Positions 14,381 to 26,131 of a DNA stretch of 64,000 nucleotides are shown one piece after another. The translations under genes were made by a program, and so were the position numbers. Under the pieces are notes generated by a model. That model made no database searches, was not told the origin of the DNA, and saw only the letters and a list, made by a program, of their open reading frames with translations. The stretch comes from Ruditapes philippinarum. Taxonomy: Eukaryota. The DNA is taken from the NCBI RefSeq assembly GCF_026571515.1, contig NW_026855260.1, positions 124,001-188,000 on the forward strand, in the 5' to 3' direction. Each line of letters begins with the position of its first letter. Within the stretch, counting starts at the first letter, position 1.

Positions 14381-16890
14381 TTTGTAAAACATGAAAATAC
14401 TAGTCAGGCTGAAACTTTATGTCGGCATCTTTTGTTCATAATATGTTACCATCATGTGTAAGGATGTTTTTCCGGGTAATTTGGAAAGTTGACATTGTAA
14501 CTCGTGATATAAATGAATATTGTAATTAAGGACAATTATATGATCTAAGAGAGGCAAATTTATACAAGATCAAATTGCATTGATTTTGATGACACTGATT
14601 AAACGTTAAGATTTTAACCAGATCAGACATTTTTAAGGTAAGAAATAAAGCACAGGCCCTCAACCAATTAAGACACAATTGCTGGGAAATAAGATTCATT
14701 CCGAAACAAATTATAAATATATAAGATTAGACAATGAAACAATTTATAACCATGAGACAAATTGTCTAAAATTATAGCACTGACATTTCAAATCAATCTC
14801 GTCATAAACCGCACCGACCATCTTTACAATGAACGAACCGTTTTCAAAATATTAACATTCGTATTCAATTTTCCAACTAGAAATGCAATGGGACATGCAC
14901 CATTAATCTGACAATCTCCTATCTTAGCACAACACGTCTTATGTGCCGGCAACCTGCGTTGAATGACACTTTAAATATAACTATGGTTTTGCAAATTGAA
15001 CTTTTGTGCCATTTCGGGAGATTAAAACGAAATAACTTTCATGCTATTCATAATGTAGACAAATCTGAATGGCTTTGATAATTTATAATTACATCATATA
15101 TAAAAACCCACAGACGATTGAGTCACATACTCCTTTCATAACAATTACAATGCCATACAATTTTGATCAGCTTTTCTTTTTTTAGTCGATTGCAATGCGG
15201 AAGTAGCTTTACCATTACATGTTAAACGTTATTATTTGTGTTTGATATAGAAAGATTTTTATACATTTTTCCCATGTTAATTATGTATTTTATATAAATA
15301 AACATTTTATGTCTCTGTTACTGTAACTTTATCGTTTTTATACCTCTTCATGATATCGGATGAATGCATTATATCATTTCAAGCATTCCTTAAACACCCA
15401 CAACATTGAGATCATAAATGTATAAATGTGAAATGTAATACACAACAAAAACATTTACAAACGATGGAGATGCATGCATACCTGGTTTCGATAACATTTT
15501 TATTTAGATGTTTATTCTCTTAAACATGATAAATTTAACAAATGTCAGTTTGGAAAATGGAATGAAATGTAAAAAAGGTTATTTGCCTATTCTTTAAAAA
15601 ATGTAAAAGGAAGATATTTTCTAATTATGCAATACCAATTTGATAAGTCTATCATAAGTATTATTGAATGAGGAGATGCAATTAGTGTTTCGTTTATATC
15701 AACAGCATTAATACTAGGTATTTAGATAATATGTGTGTACCTCACTTTTATAGTGTTTATTTATCTTATTCCATTATTTTGGGGCGTTAAGCTTCATTTA
15801 AATAACAATAATAGTTTACAATTTACTCAAAGCATATTTTTACGAATTTTTAAAAACAATGTTAGCAAAGGTATCCCAGCAGACAGACCTTTCTCATTTT
15901 GGTCATTTTCTATTTAATGTGTGTAGTTATTAATACATTTCATTCAAAACAATGACTTTGTAAATCTGCCCTTTTGGCATTCCAGCAATATAATTTCAGC
16001 TTAATATGTTAAATCAGGTTTCATATAACAACAACAAATCAGACTAGGAACGCCATGATGAATGGCGTTATAAGTAATACATGTACATTCCATCAACACC
16101 AAAACATTTTAATTCTGTCTGTACATTTTGTTTTGTACTATTGAATGGCATCACAATATTTTAGTATATCTGTTTTTTTAATACTAGTACTGGTAAACTG
16201 CTTGACAGCCTGACCAGGAATGATGCATTGGTTGAAATGTGCTCTGGTAAATTCAATGTGGCTTACTGTCGTGATCCGGAGTGAAAGTACTCCCAATCAA
16301 TACAAAAACATTATTCTGTCTGCAAATTAGTCTACATATAATTGCAAGTTTTGTCCGTAAACTTTGTGGACATAAGTATGCCAATGACTAATGTTAATCT
16401 ACCAATTGTTCCCGATGGATTTACTTAAAGCGCACGCATAATCCATTCCATTTAAGTATTTTTCTTGTTATTTCAGCATGAATTTCACTAATTGATTCGA
16501 TTAAAACGAACTTCCTCTTTCAAGGGCGGTGTTATAATTGTTTCAATGAGACTTCTGGGAACAGACCATCTTCAAATTAGTCAATTGAAGTAGCTTTTAG
16601 CACGTTTTGAATAAAACAACACTTGGAAATTCAGAGTTAGTTGCAGTTATAGATTGCAGTCGTAACATAAATGATATGAAAACATTGCTTAATTGTAATT
16701 CAGCAAACTGAATGGTATTGTCAATTATACTATTTTATAATTAACAGCGATGGTTTGTAAATTCTAAGAATAATTTTTAGAAAAGAAATAGGCTATTATT
16801 TAAAAAAAAGTTTTCTGTGTACACAATGTCACAATGACTATTCATTTATGTTTCGTACATATTGAAGGCAAACACTTTTTTATATAATTA
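14381..16890 (+). repeat. Tandem segmental duplication, unit III (shorter)
   Basis: 14410-14590 matches 6640-6790 and 11950-12100. 14740-15790 matches 6860-7950 plus 8355-8420 (e.g. CATGCACCATTAATCTGACAATCTCCTATCTTAGCA is identical). 16290-16610 matches the recurrent core. Confidence 0.9.
16185..16235 (+). mobile_element. Short relic of a Meta-domain SINE
   Basis: TAGTACTGGTAAACTGCTTGACAGCCTGACCAGGAA resembles the GTACTGGT...CCAGGAA...TGGTT core of the intact SINE at 48839-49056 and of MetaSINEs as I recall them. Confidence 0.4.
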
Positions 16891-18455
16891 AACATGTTAC
16901 CAGTTAGTAGGAAATAATGAATTCCTAAATTAATATGTATTTTTTAACTACAAAACTAAGCTATCGCGAAAAAGTAAACACTGCTAAGATGGGGATATTT
17001 TTTCGTCCTGACGGAATTTTAAAATATTTCCGAGACTTTATTTCCATAAACTGTGCTTAGTGTGTACCAATAACTTATTTGATTGCTCGAACGAGATACA
17101 GTTCTTTCTTATTTAGTGAGTTTAAACATTTGAGATTAAGTATTTCACTTAAATTTGTTCAACATTTGTTATTATATAGGAAATATGTTGACAATGATAA
17201 CATTTACCATACAGTAGTACTGATCACTCAATTTGAAATACACTTTCGATTTAGTATGTTAGACCAATTAAAATACTTTTAATATGCACTATAAAACTTA
17301 ATTATTTCTCGCTATTACCAAATGTATTTCAAAAATCGATTTAATTAAAGCAACAATATTCCATTGAAGCGTATTTAAATTTTGTTTGAATGAGACAAAT
17401 AAGACCAATTTATCTAAGTAAAAGGTCATTTCACAAGTTTTTTAGAAACCTTTAAAAAAGTAACACTCAAACATTAAAGGTTTAGTTTGATAAATCTTAA
17501 CTGAAAACTATATGACGCCATTCTTCTTAAGACAAATAATCGAAATCTCCGCAAACACAATAATAGTTTCCACCGTTATACATATCGTATTTTATAATAA
17601 TTTCATGAATTAAATTGTTGTAAAAAAGGAATGTACAGTCTTTAAAAACAGAAATGAGGAAATTAAGTATTGACTTGTTTTCAAATTCTATTACAATTTA
17701 ATTTTGGGTCATGATGTTATAAGCATTGTTTACACATTTTTAGCAATACTTAATGTCACGCATAATTTATTTTATACGATATCTTCTGGTTGTAATGTAT
17801 ATCTTTGTAAAGTTGGAGATAAATACTGTTTTAACTAGGACAGAAATTTATCATACAAATTCAAAATCACAACTGGTAACTTTATGTGATGGTGAAAAGT
17901 AAAAAAAAAGGTTTCTAACATAAATTTCAACAAATTGAGAACATTTTAATTTGGTTTATTTTTATAGTAATTTTTGAAATAAATGATTGAAAATATTTTG
18001 TATATTGCTGGAAATATACCTTAATTGTTGCACAACTATTACCTCGGCCGTCAAATTTTCAAATGGTGTTTATTCACATAAAATTTGAAGTGAGTATAAA
18101 GCTCTGTTAATTATTTTAATTGTTCGCTAAAGATGATTTATAAGGGACAACATTGTCAGAAAGAAGCTCCTAAAAGTATAATAAAAAGTATAATATTATT
18201 GTTTTCTTCTTTCGCTTTGTAATACGACATGACTGTATAGTAAATTATACTTTAATTCATGTTTATATAATAGTATAATAATTATGTTTGATTATAGAAA
18301 ATAGCAAAATTAAAAGTAATTATTTATCTCGTACTGTGAAAATGTGTGATATTTAATATTACATATTAGATTCTCGCATACGTCTATTATAAATGGTACC
18401 TTTGAACCTATCTTAATTACAGCTAAATAAAACATTTATGTAACTAACCTATATA

Positions 18456-19781
18456 CGAGGGTTGTTCAAAAAGTAATAGGACTAATAGTCTTGAATCTTC
18501 ATATTCAATTCAATTTAGCATATTTTTATATGTATAGCGATCGAAAAATGTTTTCTTCAATTTAAGCATAAAAAATGAATAATTGTGCTTCACGCGTGTT
18601 CCCTGTGTTATTGAATAACCATGGAAACACGCACAGGCGCAGCACATAAAAAGTTATTGAAACTTAGTTGAACTTCTATTTTAATCATAATTTATTTTCT
18701 TTTTTCCCCATTTATTCCACAAGCACAATTCATTATATTTAAGTGACATTATGTCCAAATTTGATGTCATTCAGACATGGAATGGCTCAATCATCAAGTT
18801 TTGAACAGCAGTGGTCATAACGTTAAATGTAGAAATTTGACGTTCGTTAAAAATCTGAAAATGTGTGCGATCGTTAAACTTTGCCAACAAATTGGCGATA
18901 CTCCTTCAGATACATATGAAAACAAAAAATTAACATAGTACAATTAATCGGCTATCAGAATACTCGTTCTGAGCTTGCGCAAGCAATTCAAAAATTGCAA
19001 ATACGAAATCACTAACAGGAAAGGATGAGAATGATAGCGGGAAATTGACGGGACGTTAGTGATGTCAAATGAAAAAGCGCTACAAATTCTATTTCATTTA
19101 ACTAGATATATGTGTTATCAATAAATTAATGTAATAATGATTAACATTTATTATTATTATTTTCCCCGATTTTCTTTTAAAAATGATATGCTGTTCCTGG
19201 TAAGAAAATATACATTTTAAGTGATAACTATAGTTATTTAATTTACATAATCATATAGTTATAAGAACGTACGATGATATGTGTAAAATATTTGTATCAA
19301 TCGCATTTTCATTAACATCATAATTTAGTGCCTGTTAAATCTATATTAATTACTATCAGATACAAGAATGCGAGAAAAAGCGGAGAGTGGCCGGCATTCT
19401 GGTTTTTTTTCTCGGAGAGTGGAACAAGAATGTGGTCGTTTTCCCTCTTGCTTCATCTCCACATATGAGGCCTGGTCAAAGTTACATGATTTAGACACCT
19501 AGAACACTAGAGAGAATTATTTCAGAAGGAATTTCGCTTGATTCAATGTTTTCATTTTACGACGTCATAAACGTTATTTATTGTGCTGTTAGCGTGCGCC
19601 GGGTTGCATACCCCTTGTCATGTGAAATTTTCACAGACTCGTTATTTTTAAACATATTTTATTGATTTCTTTCACTTTATATAAAGGATATGTTCCGATA
19701 TTATTATCTTGTAAAATTAGCACGTAAATTAAATAAGTGAACAGTATAACTGCAGTCCTATTGCTTATTGTACAACCCTAG
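18456..19781 (+). mobile_element. Non-autonomous (decayed) mariner-type DNA transposon
   Basis: TA|CGAGGGTTGTTCAAAAAGTAATAGGACT ... AGTCCTATTGCTTATTGTACAACCCTAG|TA gives 28-bp TIRs with 4 mismatches and a TA TSD (18454-55, 19782-83). From 18861 it reads MCAIVKLCQQIGDTPSDTYE, resembling the N-terminal HTH of mariner transposases (R.VIKFC..LG.TP.ET). No DD34D domain is visible. Confidence 0.85.
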
Positions 19782-21949
19782 TATTTGACCATAAGGATGA
19801 TATAAGGGAGTATATATATAGAAGGGAGTAACATGATTATGTTTAAAATATCTTAATCAAATATTCTGACCTTGTACAAATACTGGCTGTCACTGAAAAG
19901 AAAAAAATATTGTTTTTTTTTATATAGATAATGAAAGCATAATATTTTTTAACAGTATTTTTTTATTCTGCGAATATCAGATAAAAAGGCTTGTTTGCCT
20001 GATATAACAAGCCAATTATGCATCAGATTTTGTTATGTTAATAAATTCCTCAAAAGGCTTTAAGGTTATTTTTGCTATGTGCTTATAGTACTTGACTAGT
20101 CATTTTTTGTTCTGTTTTTTTTTTGTTCTGTTTTTTTCTCTCTTTCCTATGCAATCAATTAAGTTATAGTGATTTAATATTGTGTATGGAATTGAAAATA
20201 CTCTTTGTTTACACTTTGCTACTTATATATGAAATAATGTCATATATAGCGCTACTTTGTTCGTGATATAAGAATCTCACATGCTCTTAAACATTTTGTA
20301 AACGTTTTTGTTTAAAACAAAAGCTTACGATACGCTTTTTAAAGAAGTAAATGTAGTATTAGTTTTTGGGACATTACAATATAAAATATCATTAAAAATA
20401 TAATTATAGAACCAATAAGTTACTTAAAAGTGTGTAATTAAATTTTTGAAACATTAAATAAATTAAATTAAATTCATGATATATGTTCAAAAGCTCGTGT
20501 GTTAAAGTTCACTAAACATGTATTCATAGAACATGTTGAACAAGTTTTACATATCTAAGTTGTATTGTCCCACACAATCCTTTTTGAGTTCTAGATTTAC
20601 ATGCAACGCAAACTGGTTCATGTTCGATCAGCACAAGATTATAATATAATGAGCACACCATCTCCTTCCAATTTGGTCATACATTAATATCAATGATATT
20701 TTATTATAGTAAAATTCTTGCTTGGGCGCGTATGTTTCTCGAATTTTATACACATTATTTATAAAATAATTATATTGTGTTTCTGAAAACAAAACACCTA
20801 TTTGGCATTCCAAAGGTATCAAAAAGAACATATAAATTCAGTAATTTAAACATCATAGAGAATTACAAACATTCAAGCAAACAAAACATAGTAAAACAAA
20901 TATTTGCTGCACACCATTCAATTTAAAACTAAATGTATCACTCTGTACAAAAGCGGTAAAGCGGTCAAAGATGTTATAAAAATAAGAAATAGATATGGAT
21001 CAAATAATAAATAATTCTTTGACAAGAGCACCTGTGATATAAAATAATAATTTGATAAGAAATAACAAGTTTGACTTTTTAAGTACACATACAAAAAGTA
21101 AATGAGCTTTTTTAACAAATAATAGTATGATATGAAATTACTTTGACTATATTGCTAACTCTGATGTCTCTTGAACAATTTAATGAGTACAATAAATTAG
21201 TGTAAAATTTATTTTACAATAATAAGCTAAATATATGCAGACATTTGATATGGACAATTGATAAAATGCGAACGACGTTAAAATCGTATTTGACGTTGTC
21301 CCTATGCTCCAGCATATTCTTAGGGGAAAAATACCCATACTCATGATCAAAAGAAATGTTATCAAATATGACCCCAAGATGGCACGTTACGTTCTCTTCA
21401 ATGAAAGAAAACATTCATTTACAATTGTGTCAGCACTATGTCAATGTCAATTTGATATGAAATCTCAAAGAAGTCCAAAAATCAAAAGGGTATTTCACTT
21501 TTAAACGGAAATTTTCGACTCCGTATTTTAGAGCCTTGTTCATTTTTAAAATTTCTGTAAATTAAAAAAAACACACTACACACATAGCCATGAATATTTA
21601 CATATGCAAACAAATGATGTCTCATTACAAGTTTTAGTATTAATTATCAATAACATTACTTGTGATAACAATACTTGTGTTCTATTTAACAGAAATTTAA
21701 TATTGTTTTTCATTCAATGCTCCAAAGTGCTAAAATGTATATGCCATATTAGTAAATTAAAACAAAACACCTGTAATCTTTTTAAAAAAAATAATACCAT
21801 TTTAAAATCTTACTGAAAATCTTACGATCAAAATACTAAATTATAAAAATCACTTACTCGGCAAATATTATACTTTAACAATTATACTTTTTTAACTAAG
21901 TATACAGTCTTTTCGCCTCGAGTTTCCGCAATCAAAAATGTTATGAGTT

Positions 21950-23650
21950 TGCATTCGTTAAATCTGCGTTTTTATATCCTCCTCATTGTTAAAGAGTCAT
22001 AATTATTTCTTTTCAAGACTATTTAAATGCGGAAGAGGATAAACCATTACATGTTTATTATCTTTATTTGAAATGGGTAAGTGAAATAAGTTCATGTTTT
22101 ATATGAACATACATTTTTTTATAATTCCATGATACTGTATCATGATCGTTTTTATATCTCCTCGTTTTATCAGACGATTACATTATATTATTTAGAATTA
22201 ATGTAATCATTAACCTCCTACAAAAAATGACATCATCCATGTTTAATGCGTCATGAAAATATATACAAGACAGAGAAAGGTTGGGCACTAGCTATAGGAT
22301 TTCGATGACATATTCGTTAAAATGTAAAAAACTTTTATTCAATACATAACAAATAGAAGATTCGTGAAATAAAGAAATATAATAAAGACTGTATTTGCAT
22401 ACTCTTTAAAAAGCATATCGGTTACAAAATCTTAACAATGATAAACCAATTTGATCAGCCTTTCAGAATTATAATTGGAAATTTAGTATTTCTTTTAATG
22501 GACAGTTCTATAAGTCGACAATAAGGAAGGAACAATTAATGACATAGGTAATCTACAACTGTTTAAAATACATCAGTATCCTCAAATGAACTTTGTCTAT
22601 AAGAAGTATATATCATATTAGATTATGTTGGTACTTCCAGAGTGTTTCAAGACGTACCTATGATTAAATGCCGTTGGAATCTGGATAATCATTTAAACCA
22701 CTGATATACGACTTACTCTAAACGGATGTTTCTTATTTTGACATTAACATTGAAAGAAAGCGTAGGGTAATGATTAAAGTGCTTTGTAAATTTCAATGAA
22801 TGTTTTTTCGGGACAGAAATTAATTATTACTGCTTTCAATGATTTTATATTAGTTTTGTGTAAAACATTCACAAAAGCTAGGTTTTTTAATGCAACATAA
22901 TATTTATAGTGGCAATTTTAATCATGTATTCGAATTCTGAAGATAAACATTCAACCGCAGACGAGCCTGCTAGTTAATAATATTTGAATATACTCTTAAT
23001 ATGTTACTACTTAAAATTCTAAAGCTATGACATTGAATTTTCATAAGAATACGACGTAAAAACTGTTTAAAAGATTTTTTTATCACGTGACATACTACAA
23101 GACTTAGTGTTATCTTTCGGGCCACAATGTAGTTATCAAAGACGTATACAATTATTGTTTGTCAACTGTTATTTTATATGCTTTAACTGGCATTTCAGAT
23201 GCATGATAAAATCAAACGTGTCGAGAAATTTAATTTTAAATTAATATTTGATCGTACGCATAAACACATTTATGATAACTGATTTTATCCACATTAATTT
23301 TAGTATTTCAAATCAATGAGCTGTCACATAATGTGTTATATATACGAAGGAAATCCTTGTACATACAATAAATACATTAAATACAGTAATATTCTCCAAT
23401 AGGCTTGGCCGTTACCTTGGTTATCAATCAAAAGCATAATTTGTTTAAAAAAAGCTTGGATTCATTCCAGAAAACACGAAACGTATTTCACAAATCTATC
23501 AAAGTAAAGCAAATTTTTTCCTTTAAAGGTGTGTATAATTAGTGTTTCAATGAGCCCCTTGAGAGCATATAACCTGATAATTATCAAAAAAAGCCAGTAA
23601 GCACCTTTTAGAACGAAACACTCAAAAGTTCACTCTTTAGTTTCAGCGAT
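21950..23650 (+). repeat. Tandem segmental duplication, unit IV (more diverged, fragmented)
   Basis: 22010-22500 matches 7420-7900 (AATGCGGAAG..CATTACATG; ACCAATTTGAT.AG.CT.TCA.AATTAT.ATTGG). 23480-23640 matches the recurrent core (TGTTTCAATGAG). Confidence 0.7.
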
Positions 23651-24886
23651 AAAGCTTAGCCGAATATCATAATATTATTATTATTCATATCTTAGTCTTA
23701 GTTTTAAGTATTCATTAAACTTCACAATATTTTCCACCATATTATTTTATTACGATTTCTTAAATGCATATGGGTTTTGAATTTAAAGGAATTTACAAAA
23801 TTTATAGAGCAGAGATTAATCACTTTTATTTCGTTCTTCATCTTTTGTCCATAAGTATATATTGGTAACATTTCGAACCTTTTAAAGATATTAAAAGTGA
23901 AGTTCACAAAAGGAAACGAAAATATGATAACAAATTATAAACAAGTTATTATTCTTTCTTTAAATCAAATGTAGTATGTACATTATATTGAATAAGATGT
24001 CCTTTTAAATTGTAAGTATTGTAAGAACACATTCCGACTCTAAAACATTTTTTTTTAAATTAATGAATTATAGGTATCATATTATAACCCAACAGTCAAC
24101 ATATTCAATTAGAATTATACTTGTTAGGATTAGTTTAAATTACAATTCAATTGTTAGCTTCAACATAAGATTGTTTTACATGTATAATAGGGATTGAAAC
24201 TTTGCTTTGGGCATGTATAAAAAAAACTCTACTGAGGTTGTTTGATGTGACGGGATATGGAATTTTTGTATAGAGTGACGCAGGTCTGGACAAATAACAT
24301 GTGTGTAATTTTTAGCTCTTTCCCTCAACCTAATTTATTTTCAGAATGAAAAATTATTTAAAAAAAACTTGCTAATTATGTCTAATTTGAAAAAAAAAAT
24401 GAGTACACACGCTATGTTCGGAAAGCTGCATTCCTTCTTCAATTCGTCCATGTCTTCAACAAAAGAAGAAGAAAATATCGGATTTACTTTGCCTACTTGT
24501 TTTCAGTCCGTGTTAGTCGATAGGAATTTTTAACTACCAGTACTTACAAATAATAACTTACTTTAGCATAATATGTCAATATGTTTTACGACTATTTAAG
24601 GCCTAAAATACCTTTTGTATTGTTGGTGTCCTGCAATAATTTTCTTTAAATTTTATATGCTCAAAGGCCAAATACTTGAAGCACCATTTGTCTCTGTCGC
24701 TTTTTTTGCACTCAGTATTAAAGTGGGATTGATTTTTTGTATTAAGTCAAAATACCACGTTGTTGTTCTACTTTTTGACATATAATTACATATTAATCGT
24801 ATTTTCTTCAGGTGAAAATCATAAAACACGCTCTAAAATCATTATTTTAAACGGTATAAATTATTCATAATTATACCATTTCTATA

Positions 24887-25088
24887 NNNNNNNNNNNNNN
24901 NNNNNNNNNNNNNNNNNNNNNNNNNNNNNNNNNNNNNNNNNNNNNNNNNNNNNNNNNNNNNNNNNNNNNNNNNNNNNNNNNNNNNNNNNNNNNNNNNNNN
25001 NNNNNNNNNNNNNNNNNNNNNNNNNNNNNNNNNNNNNNNNNNNNNNNNNNNNNNNNNNNNNNNNNNNNNNNNNNNNNNNNNNNNNNNN
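24887..25088. other. Assembly gap (202 N)
   Basis: Run of N. Confidence 1.
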
Positions 25089-25780
25089 TTATTTGCTTTT
25101 GAAATATTGATAACAAAATGCACTAACTTGCACATAGTAAACTATAAACATGTAATTGTATGTTCAAATATTATATCGTAAAGCATACGCCTAGTCATTG
25201 AAAGGAAAAAAATTGTCTTTGTAAAGAGCACAAAGCAATCCGTTTAAGTTTTTAGAAAAGTATTTATCTTCAATGTGGACATAGAGTTTAAACAGGGTGT
25301 GGTTTCAAACCCCACATAAGGCTTTTTTCATTTGTTTCTCTCTTAGACAAACAATAAAAGATTTATGCATACTATTTACTGTGATTGTGTGAAATTGGAT
25401 AGGGTAATTTATATGACAAAATCTTACAGGTTTTCTTACCCAAACCTTTCTTAATTTATGTAAAAAGACCTGTGTCAATAAACCCGCTATATCTGTTCAT
25501 ATTCATTTGTTTTGTCTTGGGTTTTATTTGTAGTTATTAAAAACTATGGTTCATTATTTAATGTTTTCAACTAAGAGCATTATCAAATAAGCAAAACTTT
25601 TCTTCAAATAATGTAAACATATTCTTGGTTGTTGTTTTATCAAACTGATACAAAATTTAAACTTCAATTGTCCATATTTTTCAAACAAGATGGTAAATAT
25701 TTGTTATATTTGTATATGTGTCGAGAATATAGTACTTTTTGTTAATATGTAGAGGATATTCAAGTTTTGTCTATAAATAC

Positions 25781-26131
25781 ATTATTTATTTCATTGAGTG
25801 GTATGAAAATAAATATTTCATGAGTGGCGGTAGCCACAAGTGAAATATGGTAATTTTCATGCCACAAGATGATAATAAATCATGTATTTAAGGAAAAAAC
25901 ATGAATTTTCTGTTTATTATAATATTATACATTTTTCTCTTTTTTGACATTCAAATTTGAAAGACTTTCCCTTAAATTTTGAAAGTAATTCGGCAAGACA
26001 CAAGTGAAAATACGGAAAATATGTTTCATTGCAGTGAAAAATAGATTTTTACAGTGAAAATATGGAAAATGAAAATACTCATTTTATTTCATCAATATTT
26101 CTCAATATTTCATTTGTAAGTATAAAATAAA
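25781..26131. mobile_element. Non-autonomous interspersed element with internal palindrome
   Basis: Hairpin ATATTTCA-TGAGTGGC-GGTA-GCCACAAG-TGAAATAT (25813-25848) nested in longer inverted arms, followed by repeated GTGAAAA motifs (26005-26070). I recall this architecture from common marine-invertebrate repeats. Outer boundaries approximate. Confidence 0.6.

Noticed and set aside
20991-21014. AGATATGGA (RYG) as a possible third paralogue
   Set aside because: Not followed by a stop, and the upstream frame lacks the FG/RxTR/KR motifs and a signal peptide.
24842-25135. ORFs spanning the N run
   Set aside because: Artefacts of the assembly gap.
25293-25325. B-box-like GGTTTCAAACCC
   Set aside because: No convincing A box, cloverleaf or SINE body.
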